The notes under the pieces were generated by a model, which saw nothing but the letters and a program-made list of their open reading frames with translations, was not told where the DNA came from and searched no databases. DNA of 64,000 nt from Gemmatimonadaceae bacterium (GTDB taxonomy: Bacteria; Gemmatimonadota; Gemmatimonadetes; Gemmatimonadales; Gemmatimonadaceae): NCBI GenBank assembly GCA_036378095.1, contig DASUXC010000084.1, positions 19,805-83,804 of the forward strand, in the 5' to 3' direction. Below, piece after piece: positions 53,966 to 63,103 of the stretch. Position 1 is the first letter of the stretch; each line of letters begins with the position of its first letter. Made by a program: the position numbers and the translations under genes.

Positions 53966-55834
53966 ATGTCCTCCCGTCTGGAGCAGCAGGTCGAGATCGA
54001 GACGCCGGAGCAGGTCGTGTTCTCCTACACGATCGCCGGCGTGGGGTCGCGCGCGGCGGCGGCGATCCTCGACTACCTCATCATCTCGCTCACGCTCTCC
54101 GCGCTCGGCTTTCTGCTCTGGCTGCTCGGCAGGTTCGCGGGAGGAGCGGCGCAGCCGGCGAGCGAGCGCAGCTCGGGCGGATGGGCCACGGCGGTCGTGG
54201 CGCTCGTGGCGTTCGCCATCCAGTGGGGCTACTACGTGCTCTTCGAGGCGCTCTGGGACGGCCAGACGCCGGGGAAGCGGAAGCTCGGGCTCCGCGTGGT
54301 GCAGGACGGCGGGTACTCGGTGTCGTTCGCCGCCTCCGCGGTCCGCAACGTCGTGCGCATCATCGACATGCAGCCCGGCATCTTCTACGCGGTGGGGATC
54401 GTGAGCGCGGTGGTGTCGCGCACGGGGAAGCGCCTGGGCGATCTCGTGGCCGGGACGTTCGTCGTCCAGGAGCGGCTCGTGGCGTCGGGGCGGGCCAGCA
54501 CGAGCGATCGCGCACGCGCGGAAGGGGCGCCGGCGGTCACGGCGGCGCTCACCACGGAGGAGTACGAGCTGCTCGAGCGATTCCTCGCGCGACGGGCGGC
54601 GCTCGACCCCGAGCGTCGGCGCGCGATGACCGAGCAGCTCGCCGAGCGCTTCTCGACGCACTTCCCCGATCGGGACGGGCAGCCGCTCTTCCTGCTCATG
54701 CGCCTGTACGAGGCGGAGAAGACGGCGCGGGAGCGCGGGGTGGCCGCGCGCGGCGCCACCGGCGCGGCGCGAGAGCGCCACGCCATCGTGGCGCGCGGCT
54801 CGGCGCGGTGGAGTCAGTTCGCCGCCGCGCTCGCCGAGGCGCAGCGACGCGGGCTGCGCGCGATGTCCGATCGGGAGGTGAGCGAGCTGGTGGCGCAGTA
54901 CCGCGAGGTGGCCACCGACCTGGCGCGGCTCAAGACCGCGTCCCGCGGGCGCGATGACGACACCCTGTTCTACGTGAGCCGGCTCGTCGGCGCGGGACAC
55001 AATCTGCTCTACCGGCAGCGCACGCTCGCCATGCGCACCGCCGTGCGCTACCTGTTCTTCACCGTGCCGCGCGAGATCCGGCGCTCCGCCGCGTACATCG
55101 TGCTCGGCGCCCTGCTCCTGTTCGCGCCGGTCGGGATCACGTACCACGCCGTGCGGCGCCACCCCGCGCTCGCCGAGGAGATCCTCGGCGCGGGGATGAT
55201 CGATCGCGCCAACGAGGGCGTGGCGCGATCGAAGAAGGGGGAGCGCACGTACGTCCCGGTGAAGGACTTCATGCGTCCGGTGATGGCCAGCCGGATCATC
55301 GCCAACAACATCCAGGTCACCTACGCGGTGTTCGCGATGGGGATCACCGCCGGGATCATGACGGTGGTCATGCTCGTGCTCAACGGCGTGAGCATGGGCG
55401 CCGCGCTCGGGCTGTACGCGAACAAGGGGATCTTCCCGCAGATCGGCGAGTTCGTGCTCCCGCACAGCGTCTTCGAGCTGAGCGCGATCTGCATCGCGGC
55501 GGGCGGCGGCTTCCTGCTCGCCGCGGCGCTTCTCCTGCCCGGGGCGCGCACGCGCAAGGAGGCGCTGGTGGTGAACGGGCGGCGCGCCATCCGGCTCATC
55601 GCCGCGTCCACGCTGCTGCTCGTGTGCGCCGGCACGATCGAGGGGCTCATCTCGCCGCGCACCGACCTGCCCCTCGCCGTCAAGTTCGTGGTCGCCGGCC
55701 TGTGCGCGGCGGCGCTGGCGTCCTACATCTCGCTCGGCTGGCGCACGGACGCCGGCGCGGCTGGCGGGGAGGATGGGGACGGGGAGGGAGAGGCGTTCGC
55801 GTACGGCGCGGTCACAGCACCGCGCGCGCCTTGA
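53966..55834 (+). CDS. Fusion of an RDD-domain membrane protein with a SpoIIM-like (DUF95) membrane domain
   Basis: 622-aa ORF. N-terminal RDD pattern (SRAAAAILDYLIISL...WDGQTPGKRKLGLRVV...RLGDLVAGTFVV), a helical linker, then a C-terminal SpoIIM-like block NNIQVTYAVFAMGITAGI...LNGVSMGA...LPHSVFELSAICIAAG. Confidence 0.72.
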   Translation: MSSRLEQQVEIETPEQVVFSYTIAGVGSRAAAAILDYLIISLTLSALGFLLWLLGRFAGGAAQPASERSSGGWATAVVALVAFAIQWGYYVLFEALWDGQTPGKRKLGLRVVQDGGYSVSFAASAVRNVVRIIDMQPGIFYAVGIVSAVVSRTGKRLGDLVAGTFVVQERLVASGRASTSDRARAEGAPAVTAALTTEEYELLERFLARRAALDPERRRAMTEQLAERFSTHFPDRDGQPLFLLMRLYEAEKTARERGVAARGATGAARERHAIVARGSARWSQFAAALAEAQRRGLRAMSDREVSELVAQYREVATDLARLKTASRGRDDDTLFYVSRLVGAGHNLLYRQRTLAMRTAVRYLFFTVPREIRRSAAYIVLGALLLFAPVGITYHAVRRHPALAEEILGAGMIDRANEGVARSKKGERTYVPVKDFMRPVMASRIIANNIQVTYAVFAMGITAGIMTVVMLVLNGVSMGAALGLYANKGIFPQIGEFVLPHSVFELSAICIAAGGGFLLAAALLLPGARTRKEALVVNGRRAIRLIAASTLLLVCAGTIEGLISPRTDLPLAVKFVVAGLCAAALASYISLGWRTDAGAAGGEDGDGEGEAFAYGAVTAPRAP

Positions 55835-57287
55835 TCTCCAGATAGCGGTTGATCACCGCCGCGGTCATCTGCTGCGGCGATACGTCGAGCACTTCCACCC
55901 CGGCGCGGCGCATGCGGAGCAGCGCCTCGTTGCGCGCCAGCACCAGCTCCTCCGCCGCGGCGCTCTCGAACAGCCGGCTGGTGGAGGCGTCGCGCGGGGG
56001 GACGGTGGCGGCCATGAGATGGTCGTTCCGCAGCGCGACCACGAGGAGCAGGTGGCGCGCCGCGCTCCGTACGGTGTGCGCCACGAGCGCCTGCGACGAG
56101 CGCGGGTCCACCACGTCGGTGAAGAGGACGATGAGCGAACGCTTGCGGTGCCGCTCGGCGAGCGCGCGGAAGGCGGCCGCGTAGTCGGGCTCGGTCATCG
56201 TCGCGGTCGCCGGGATGAGCGCCCGGCGCACGCGCTCGAGCGCCTCCCGTCCGCGCGCCGCCGGCACGAACGCGCGCACCTCGTCGTCGAACACGATCAG
56301 CCCCACCTGGTCGCGCGACTGCACCGCCACGTCGGCGAGCAGCGTGGCGGAGGAGAGGGCGTACTCGAAGCGCGGCACGCCCTCGGCGAGCTGCGTCATC
56401 ATCCGGCCGGCGTCCACCGCGATCATCACCGTCTGCCCCTGCTCGACGGTGTACTCGCGCGTGATCAGCTTGCGCCGGCGTGCCGTGGCCTTCCAGTCGA
56501 TGTGCCGGGGATCGTCCCCCACGGCGTACTCGCGCAGGTTGTTGAACGTCGTCCCCTCGCCGCGCCGGCGGATGGCGCGGATGCCGACGTCGCGCAGTCG
56601 GTGCTGGAGGGAGAGCATCCGGAAGCGGCGCACGCCGCTCATGGATGGCACGACGAGCACCGCATCCCCCGGTTCGGCGCGCAGCGTGCGCTGCACGAGC
56701 CCGAGCCATCCGGTGGCGCGGAGCACCACGGGGCCGAGCGGCCACCGTCCGCGCTCGCGCCCGGTCACCGAGAAGGCGATCGTCACCTCGCCGCGCGCGG
56801 GGACGGTCCACGGGCCGGTGATGGCGCCGCTCGCCTCCACGCCGCGGGGGAGCGCGTCGAACAGGCGGACGCGGAGCCGCCACCGCATGCGCGAGCGCAG
56901 CACGTAGCTCGCGGGCTCGGTGTCGCCGAGGCCGAGCGGGTCGCCCACGTGCCGTTCCACGGGGAGCTGCCACGCCGCGGGGAGGGAGACGATGTCGATC
57001 GCCACCACGAGCAGCAGCACGAGCAGCGCGCCCACGGCGGGCGGCCACGCCGATCGCGTGCTCGAGAGCAGCCACACCGGCGCGAGCGCCGCGAGGACGA
57101 GCGCGAAGCGCCCCGTGGGGAGGAACGCCACCGTCCACCGGAACGCGCGCGTGACGAGCCCCCGGGCGGCGCGCCAGATGCGCTCGTCGCTCCACGCGGT
57201 CTCGTCGACCGCCGGCGCCTCGTCCGGTGCCGCCGCCGGCGCTGCCGCCGGCGCGCGCGGATGGAGCGGAGCGAGCGGGGGGCTCAC
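55812..57287 (-). CDS. DUF58 domain protein (vWA-like, MoxR partner)
   Basis: Tail of ORF 55812..58313. Proposed GTG start at 57287 overlaps the MoxR stop (GTGA). Two TM segments, then the hallmark FNNLREYAVGDDPRHIDWKATAR. Confidence 0.85.
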   Translation of the reverse strand: MSPPLAPLHPRAPAAAPAAAPDEAPAVDETAWSDERIWRAARGLVTRAFRWTVAFLPTGRFALVLAALAPVWLLSSTRSAWPPAVGALLVLLLVVAIDIVSLPAAWQLPVERHVGDPLGLGDTEPASYVLRSRMRWRLRVRLFDALPRGVEASGAITGPWTVPARGEVTIAFSVTGRERGRWPLGPVVLRATGWLGLVQRTLRAEPGDAVLVVPSMSGVRRFRMLSLQHRLRDVGIRAIRRRGEGTTFNNLREYAVGDDPRHIDWKATARRRKLITREYTVEQGQTVMIAVDAGRMMTQLAEGVPRFEYALSSATLLADVAVQSRDQVGLIVFDDEVRAFVPAARGREALERVRRALIPATATMTEPDYAAAFRALAERHRKRSLIVLFTDVVDPRSSQALVAHTVRSAARHLLLVVALRNDHLMAATVPPRDASTSRLFESAAAEELVLARNEALLRMRRAGVEVLDVSPQQMTAAVINRYLEIKARAVL

Positions 57288-58240
57288 TGCGGCGCGCTCA
57301 CCCGGGTGAGCAGCGCCTCGAGCACCTCGTCGCTCGACCGTCCCTCCACCTCGACCTCGGGGGAGATCACCACGCGGTGCCGGAGCACGGGGAAGGCGTA
57401 GTCCTTCACGTCGTCCGGGGTGACGAAGTCGCGTCCCGCCAGCAGCGCGGCGGCGCGCGCGACGCGGAAGAGCGACACGCTCGCGCGCGGCGAGCCGCCG
57501 AGGGTGAGCGCCGGGTCCTCGCGGGTGGCGCGCACGATGTCGGCGATGTACTCGCGCACCTCCGGCGCCACGCGGACGCCGTCCACGGCGGCGCGAAGCT
57601 CGCGGCACGCCGCGGCATCGAGCACGGGGGGCGGCACCACGTCCGCCGGCCGCTCGGCGTCGAATCCCTCGGCGTACCGCCCGAGCATCGCGAGCTCGGC
57701 CTCGCGCGCGGGATACTGCACGCGGATCTTGAGGAGGAAGCGGTCGAGCTGCGCCTCCGGGAGCGGGTACGTTCCCTCGTACTCCACCGGGTTCTGCGTC
57801 GCGAACACGGTGAACAGGTCGCCGAGCGGGCGCGCGGTGCCATCCACGGTCACCTGCCGCTCCTGCATCGCCTCGAGCAGCGCGGCCTGGGTCTTCGCCG
57901 GCGCGCGGTTGATCTCGTCGGCGAGCAGGAGGTCGGTGAACACGGGCCCGGCGCGGAACTCGCTCGTGCCGCCGCCGTCGCGCAGCACGTTCACGCCGGT
58001 GATGTCCGACGGCATGAGATCGGGGGTGAACTGGATGCGCCCGAAGCGGGCGTTGAGCGCCCCGGCGAGCGCGCGCACGAGCAGCGTCTTCGCCGTGCCC
58101 GGCACCCCCTCGAGCAGGGCGTGCCCGCGCGCCAGGAAGGCGACCAGCGCCTCGTCGATGACCGTATCCTGCCCCACGACGCGCTCGGCGACCGCGGCGC
58201 GCACGCGCTGCATGGTCTCTGCCACCTGCTCCGCTGTCAT
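57284..58240 (-). CDS. moxR: MoxR-family AAA+ ATPase
   Basis: Inner ATG (MTAEQVAETMQRV...) of ORF 57284..59395. Walker A GVPGTAKT, Walker B LLLADEINRA, ATQNPVEYEGTYPLPEAQLDRF. Confidence 0.92.
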   Translation of the reverse strand: MTAEQVAETMQRVRAAVAERVVGQDTVIDEALVAFLARGHALLEGVPGTAKTLLVRALAGALNARFGRIQFTPDLMPSDITGVNVLRDGGGTSEFRAGPVFTDLLLADEINRAPAKTQAALLEAMQERQVTVDGTARPLGDLFTVFATQNPVEYEGTYPLPEAQLDRFLLKIRVQYPAREAELAMLGRYAEGFDAERPADVVPPPVLDAAACRELRAAVDGVRVAPEVREYIADIVRATREDPALTLGGSPRASVSLFRVARAAALLAGRDFVTPDDVKDYAFPVLRHRVVISPEVEVEGRSSDEVLEALLTRVSAPQ

Positions 58241-59466
58241 CACTGGGTGATCGTCCTCTCGATGTGGTCGATGGCCCCGCCCACGGCGACCCACTCGGCG
58301 GGGGGGAGGGCACGCGCGAGCGCCGCGCGCAGCGTGTCGGCGTCGGCGGCGACCTCCGGCTTGCGCGCGCCGAGGAGCCGCAGGTACGCGTCGTCGTCCA
58401 GCGCGCCCGTGGCGCCGAGCGGATGCCGGCGCCGGAGTCCGCGCACGAGGCGCCGCGTGGCGAGGCGCGTGGCCTCGATCTGCTCGTACGCCCGCGACAG
58501 CGCGCCCACGTGCTCGAGCGGGGAGCGCCGCTCGATGCGGAGCCGCGGCACCGGCGGGATCGGGCGGACGCCGTACACGAGCAGCAGCACGAGCGCGGCG
58601 ATGAGCACCTGCACGAGCGCGCGCCCGGCCGGCGTCTGGAACAGCGCGCGCCCGATCGCGCTCACCGGACCGCCGTGCGCGCCGTAGCCGTGATGGAACT
58701 CGTCGAACACCACCGGCGCCGCGCGCGACGGGTCCACGTACTCGAGCAGACGCACGGCGAGCACCGCGCCCGCCCCGTCGCGCAGCTCGCCGTTGCGAAA
58801 GAACGAGGGGTCGGCCACGGCCAGCACCACGCCCCGCCCGAACGGCCGCGCGGCGATCGTCGGCCGGACGGCCGGCCCGCTCCGCGCGTTCAGGCGCACG
58901 TGGGCGAGCGCGATCGTGTCGGGTGGGAACACCGAGGCGGTGTCGTCGTCGGTCTTCGGGACGGGGCGCAGATAGCGGTGGACGTCGCCGATCTCCTCCA
59001 CGGCCGCGCGCACCGGCGCCGCGGCCGGGTCGCCGCCGCCCGGCTCCGGCGACACCGTCTTCAGCCCGTTCATCGGCCACGACTGCCGCATCGCGATCGA
59101 GTCGGCGAGCGGCGATCCATCGGCGGGCACGACGATCGCCCGCGCGCCGCGCCGCACGGCGCCGAGCAGCGCGCCCACCTCGGTCGCGCTCGGTTGGATC
59201 GGGGGGTCGAGGAGCACGTAGACCGCGCCGGTGTCGAGCGGCGCGCCGAAGCCCGTGAGCCGTCGCGAGACGCGGAAACCGACCCCGCGCAGCACCTCGT
59301 ACACGCCGCGCGCGGCGTACGGATCGGCGCCGTACGTGGTGAGGTCCGCGGCGCCCGCGCCCTCCGGCGGCTGCGGCGAGAACAGGAGCGCCCACGCCAC
59401 GAGCAGCGCGAGGAGGGGAAAGACGTAGCGCGGCCGGAGCCAGCGGTCGGCGCGGCGCTCAGGCAT
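58240..59466 (-). CDS. DUF4350-like membrane-anchored protein
   Basis: 408-aa ORF with N-terminal and late TM segments. Its position between DUF4129 and MoxR matches the conserved cluster. The stop overlaps the MoxR ATG (ATGA). Confidence 0.68.
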   Translation of the reverse strand: MPERRADRWLRPRYVFPLLALLVAWALLFSPQPPEGAGAADLTTYGADPYAARGVYEVLRGVGFRVSRRLTGFGAPLDTGAVYVLLDPPIQPSATEVGALLGAVRRGARAIVVPADGSPLADSIAMRQSWPMNGLKTVSPEPGGGDPAAAPVRAAVEEIGDVHRYLRPVPKTDDDTASVFPPDTIALAHVRLNARSGPAVRPTIAARPFGRGVVLAVADPSFFRNGELRDGAGAVLAVRLLEYVDPSRAAPVVFDEFHHGYGAHGGPVSAIGRALFQTPAGRALVQVLIAALVLLLVYGVRPIPPVPRLRIERRSPLEHVGALSRAYEQIEATRLATRRLVRGLRRRHPLGATGALDDDAYLRLLGARKPEVAADADTLRAALARALPPAEWVAVGGAIDHIERTITQ

Positions 59467-60094
59467 TGCCGTCGGGGCGCACGATGGGCACGGCGAGCGC
59501 GCGCAGCCGGAGGAACCGCTCCTCGTCGCACGTGCCGATGCCGTAGATCACCGTCTCGTACGAGCGGGCGAAGTCGCGGAAGCGGCCGAAGATCGCCGAC
59601 GAGCGCTGGCGCAGCTCGCGCACGTAGTCGCCCACGGTCTTGGACGGGTGCAGGCGCACCTCGCGCCGCCGCGCCGCCGCCTCGAGGAGCGCCGCGTACA
59701 ACGCGTGCGCGGCGTCGGTGTACTCGCCGCGGGCGGCCAGCTCCTGCGCCACCAACCACGGGTCGCGGCCGGACCGGCGAAACCCCGCCACCTCCCACGG
59801 CGGCGCGTTCGCGCCGTAGGTGCTGCGCAGGTACCAGAGGAACACCGCCCGTCCGATCAGCGCGGCGAGCACGGCGGCGAGCACCACGATCACCGTCCAG
59901 TAGAGCACCGGCGAGCGGTGCACCGCGCGGAAGAGCGGAGCGATGGACGCGAACAGCCGCGCGAGCTGCTCCCCCAGCCACCCCATGAACCGATCCCACG
60001 GCGAGTAGCGGTTGTACACGCTCTGCCGGAAAACGGAGTCCGTCACGCTCCGGATGAGGGAGTCGGGGAGCTGGCCGGGAGTGGAGGGGAGCAC
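59459..60094 (-). CDS. DUF4129-like domain protein
   Basis: 211-aa ORF with one TM segment (VLYWTVIVVLAAVLAALIG), then a helical C-terminus HPSKTVGDYVRELR...FRDFARSYETVIYG typical of DUF4129. Overlaps the next gene by 8 nt. Confidence 0.68.
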   Translation of the reverse strand: MLPSTPGQLPDSLIRSVTDSVFRQSVYNRYSPWDRFMGWLGEQLARLFASIAPLFRAVHRSPVLYWTVIVVLAAVLAALIGRAVFLWYLRSTYGANAPPWEVAGFRRSGRDPWLVAQELAARGEYTDAAHALYAALLEAAARRREVRLHPSKTVGDYVRELRQRSSAIFGRFRDFARSYETVIYGIGTCDEERFLRLRALAVPIVRPDGNA

Positions 60095-60194
60095 GAGGAG
60101 CGTCGGGGACCCGATCTCGGTTCGGACGGTGCGGAGCGGCTAAGATAGTCCGCGCCACCTTCCGTCGCCAACATCCGTCGCGCGGCGCCGCGCC

Positions 60195-61970
60195 TCACCG
60201 GCGCACCATGCCCTCCAGGCCACCGGCAACGAGGGAGGCGATGTTGGCGAGCACCACCGGGCGCACCGCGCCGCCGGGGGACGCGAGATACCTGGGCTCC
60301 CACACGGGGTGGAACCACTCCTTGAAGTCGCGCACGCCCTGGAAGTTGTAGAATCGCTCGCCGTGACCGTACAGCGCCATCCCGAGCTGGTTCCAGAGCG
60401 GCGCGATCGTGGAGGCGCGCAGCCCGGAGAGCGGGGCCATGCCGAGGTTGAACCAGCGCCACCCCTGTGCCTTCCCCCAGAGCATCGTCTCGCTGAGCAG
60501 ATAGCGCATGATGCCCGGCGGCGCATCGGGGGCGAAGCGCATGAGGTCCACCTCCAGCTCCTCGTGGCACCCGGACGGCCACACGTTGGCGAAGGCCACG
60601 ATGCGCCCGCCCCGCCGCGCGAGCGCGGTGGGATAGCGGCGCACGTAGCGCTCGTCGAAGAAGCCGAGCGAGAAGCGCTTCTCGCGCGCGTGCTTCGCCG
60701 CGAGCCACGCGTCGGAGATGGCGCGCAGCTCGGGGAGGAGCGCCGGCACGCGCTCCGCGGGGACCAGCTCGAACGTGCACCCCTCCTGCACGGCCTTGCG
60801 CCACGTGCGCCGCAGGTTGCGCCGCTCGGGCCCGTCGAGGGAGAAGTCGCCGAGAGGCACCCGCGCCTCCTCCCCGAGCTTCACGACGCTGAATCCGAGA
60901 TCGAGGTACAGGTAGAGCTGCGCGCGAGCGACCTTGTAGAACACCGGCCAGCCGCCGTGCTGATCCACCATCTCGATGAAGCGGTGCACGAGCGCCGGCG
61001 TCCGGTCGCTCGGCGCCACCGGATCGCCGAGCGCGACCCAACTGCGTCCGGCGACGGCGTACATCACGAAGCCATCGCCCTGCTCGTCCACGAGGACCGA
61101 CTTGTCGCCGAGAAAGACCAGGTGCGCCGATGCTTCCGGGTATCGCTCGACGATCGGTCGGAGCGCCTCCAGCTCGCGATCCGTGGGGAACGCGTGCCGG
61201 GGACGGGCGGGGCGCAGCAGCCGCGCGGCGCCGAGCATCGTGAGCATGGCCATCACGCCGGCGGTGGCGCGCAGGAAGCGGGGCGCCTGCGCGTGCACGC
61301 CGAAGTGCCAGAACAGGTCGCCCCGGATGACCGGCGTGCCGTACGAGATGAGGCCGAGCACGATCGACCCGAGCACGACGACGAGAATGGCCGCGATCCA
61401 TCCGGGGGTGAACCGCTCCTCCACCATGCTCGCCCGGCGGTAGAAGTAGCGCCGGCTCGCGAGGAGCGCGCCGAGCATCACGGAGAGGACGATCGCCTCC
61501 TCGTAGTCGAGCGCCTTGAGCAGGGAGAAGAGCACGCCGGCGGCGAGCAGCAGGGCGGTGAGGTGGAAGGCGGCGTCCAGCCGGCGCTGCAGCCCGCGCG
61601 CGAGGATGAGCAGCGCGGCGCCGGCCAGGCTGCCGAAGAAGTGCGAGACCTCGATGACGGGGAGGGGGAGGAAGTCGGCGAGCCACCCCAGCCGCCCGCG
61701 CACCGCCGGGGTGGCGCCGGAGAAGAGGAGGATCGTGCCGGCGATGAAGGTGGAGAGCGCGAGCAGGCGCGGGACGACCGCCGGCGCCACGTGTCCCGTG
61801 ATCCGCAGGAGTCGCTGGAGCGGCTGCTTCTTGCGGAGCAGGAAGATGCCGGCCGCGACGAGTGCGACGGCGAGCGTGGGGAGCAGGTAATGCACCACCG
61901 TGCCCGTGGTGTAGCGCTCGAGCGACTGGACGGCGGACCCGGTGGTGCCACGGTCCCAGGCGTGCTGCAT
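60195..61970 (-). CDS. mprF: MprF-like phosphatidylglycerol aminoacyl (lysyl) transferase, short form (membrane region plus DUF2156 synthase domain)
   Basis: Inner ATG (MQHAWDRG...) of ORF 60195..62588. About 7 TM segments, then the cytoplasmic block FVMYAVAGRSWVALGDPV...KRFSLGFFDERY...VDLMRFAPDAPPGIMRYLLSETMLWGKAQGWRWFNLGMAPLSG. Confidence 0.8.
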   Translation of the reverse strand: MQHAWDRGTTGSAVQSLERYTTGTVVHYLLPTLAVALVAAGIFLLRKKQPLQRLLRITGHVAPAVVPRLLALSTFIAGTILLFSGATPAVRGRLGWLADFLPLPVIEVSHFFGSLAGAALLILARGLQRRLDAAFHLTALLLAAGVLFSLLKALDYEEAIVLSVMLGALLASRRYFYRRASMVEERFTPGWIAAILVVVLGSIVLGLISYGTPVIRGDLFWHFGVHAQAPRFLRATAGVMAMLTMLGAARLLRPARPRHAFPTDRELEALRPIVERYPEASAHLVFLGDKSVLVDEQGDGFVMYAVAGRSWVALGDPVAPSDRTPALVHRFIEMVDQHGGWPVFYKVARAQLYLYLDLGFSVVKLGEEARVPLGDFSLDGPERRNLRRTWRKAVQEGCTFELVPAERVPALLPELRAISDAWLAAKHAREKRFSLGFFDERYVRRYPTALARRGGRIVAFANVWPSGCHEELEVDLMRFAPDAPPGIMRYLLSETMLWGKAQGWRWFNLGMAPLSGLRASTIAPLWNQLGMALYGHGERFYNFQGVRDFKEWFHPVWEPRYLASPGGAVRPVVLANIASLVAGGLEGMVRR

Positions 61971-62659
61971 CACGACTCCGAGCGAAGGGTGGCACACACG
62001 GCGCGCACGGGGCAGCGTCCGCAGTGGCGGACGCGGGCCGTGCACACGAGCGCGCCGAGCTCCATCAGCGCCTGATTGTGCGTGTATGCCGCGCGCCCCG
62101 TGCGCGGGAGGGTCGACTCGGCGATCGCCCAGAGCGCCTTGCGCCCCGCCGTGGTCTTGGGGTCGAGCGACGGCGCGAACACGCGGCGAAGGACGCGCGC
62201 CACGTTGGTGTCGACCAGCGGTGCCCGTCGCTCGAAGGCGAAGGAGGCCACCGCGCCGGCGGTGTACGCGCCGATCCCCGGCAGTCGCCGCAGCTCGGCG
62301 GGATCGGCGGGGAGCGTGGCCGGCGAGCCGCCGTCGGTCACCACGCGGGCGAGGCGGTGCAGGTTCCGCGCGCGCGCGTAATAGCCGAGCCCACTCCACG
62401 CCTCCAGCACCCGGCGTGGCGGCGCGCTGGCCACCGACTCGAGGGTGGGGAAGCGGGCGAGGAACTCCGGGTACCTGAGCACCACGCGCGACACCTGCGT
62501 CTGCTGGAGCATGAGCTCGGAGACGAGCACGTGGTACGGATCGCGCGTGCGGCGCCACGGGAGGTCGCGATGGTGCGCGCGATACCACGCGCGGAGCCGC
62601 CGGCCGAAGCGCTCGCGCGTGGCCGCGGTGATCCGGGGGAGCTTCGCCTTCGCGGTCAT
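61970..62659 (-). CDS. mutY: A/G-specific adenine glycosylase-like HhH-GPD/FeS DNA glycosylase (catalytic domain only)
   Basis: Inner ATG (MTAKAKLPRI...) of ORF 61970..63004. WYRAHHRDLPWRRTRDPYHVLVSELMLQQTQV, LPGIGAYTAGAV, cluster C-x7-C-x2-C-x5-C. No NUDIX-like C-terminal domain. The stop overlaps the mprF ATG. Confidence 0.8.
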   Translation of the reverse strand: MTAKAKLPRITAATRERFGRRLRAWYRAHHRDLPWRRTRDPYHVLVSELMLQQTQVSRVVLRYPEFLARFPTLESVASAPPRRVLEAWSGLGYYARARNLHRLARVVTDGGSPATLPADPAELRRLPGIGAYTAGAVASFAFERRAPLVDTNVARVLRRVFAPSLDPKTTAGRKALWAIAESTLPRTGRAAYTHNQALMELGALVCTARVRHCGRCPVRAVCATLRSES

Positions 62660-62690
62660 GGGTCGGTGGGTCGCGGGGGCCGGTTCCTGG

Positions 62691-62880
62691 CGGTCGGTTC
62701 TCGGCTCTCTGCTCTCGGCTCTCGGCTCTCGGCTCTCGGCTCTCGGCTCTCGGCTCTCGGCCATCGGCTCTCGGCTAAAGTCCCGCACGGAGAGCTCTCG
62801 GGGTGTGCCGCAAGCCGAGAGCCGAGAGCCGATGGCCGATGACCGATGGCCGATGGCCGATGACCGATGGCCGAGAGCCG
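62691..62880. repeat. Composite element E10 (CGGCTCT/CGGCCAT family, core in - orientation), the largest array in the window
   Basis: 12 heptads at 62691..62774 (ctctcgg x8 with variants). Core at 62790..62809 (reverse complement GGCACACCCCGAGAGCTCTC, 19/20 identical to E6). 9-10 complementary heptads (ccgagag, ccgatgg, ccgatga) at 62815..62880. Confidence 0.92.
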
Positions 62881-63033
62881 CTCTCCAAGGGCGGAAGCTA
62901 ATCGGCCGCGATCGCCGGGCAATCGGCGAGCGCGGCGGGGGTGTTACCCGGGCGTGGGCACGTGCATCCTTGAATGTGCTTCGAATGTGCTTCCCGTCGT
63001 CCACGTGAGACCAGATGCCCTCGGCCCCCGCAC

Positions 63034-63081
63034 GGGCCGAGAGCCGAGCCGAGAGCCGAGGACCGCCCGTTCCGGGCGGTC
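63034..63081. repeat. Solo half-array of the same heptad family plus a hairpin
   Basis: gggccgagagccgagccgagagccgagg, followed by GACCGCCC-gttcc-GGGCGGTC (63061..63081), just upstream of the RBS and ATG at 63104. Confidence 0.5.
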
Positions 63082-63103
63082 AGCCCTCGCCCCAGGAGTC
63101 GTC

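Noticed and set aside
55812-58313. 833-aa ORF as one protein
   Set aside because: The N-terminal 340 aa are an off-frame read-through of the moxR gene. The DUF58 homology begins right after a GTG that overlaps the moxR stop.
57284-59395. 703-aa ORF as one protein
   Set aside because: Only the last 318 aa (from MTAEQV) are MoxR. The upstream part overlaps DUF4350 in another frame and is an Arg/Gly/Ala polymer.
60195-62588. 797-aa ORF as a full-length MprF
   Set aside because: The N-terminal 206 aa overlap the MutY-like gene out of frame and are not membrane-like. The ATG at 61970 overlaps the mutY stop.
62691-62880. CRISPR array
   Set aside because: The units are 7 nt with no unique spacers, the two halves are inverted copies, and there are no cas genes in the window.
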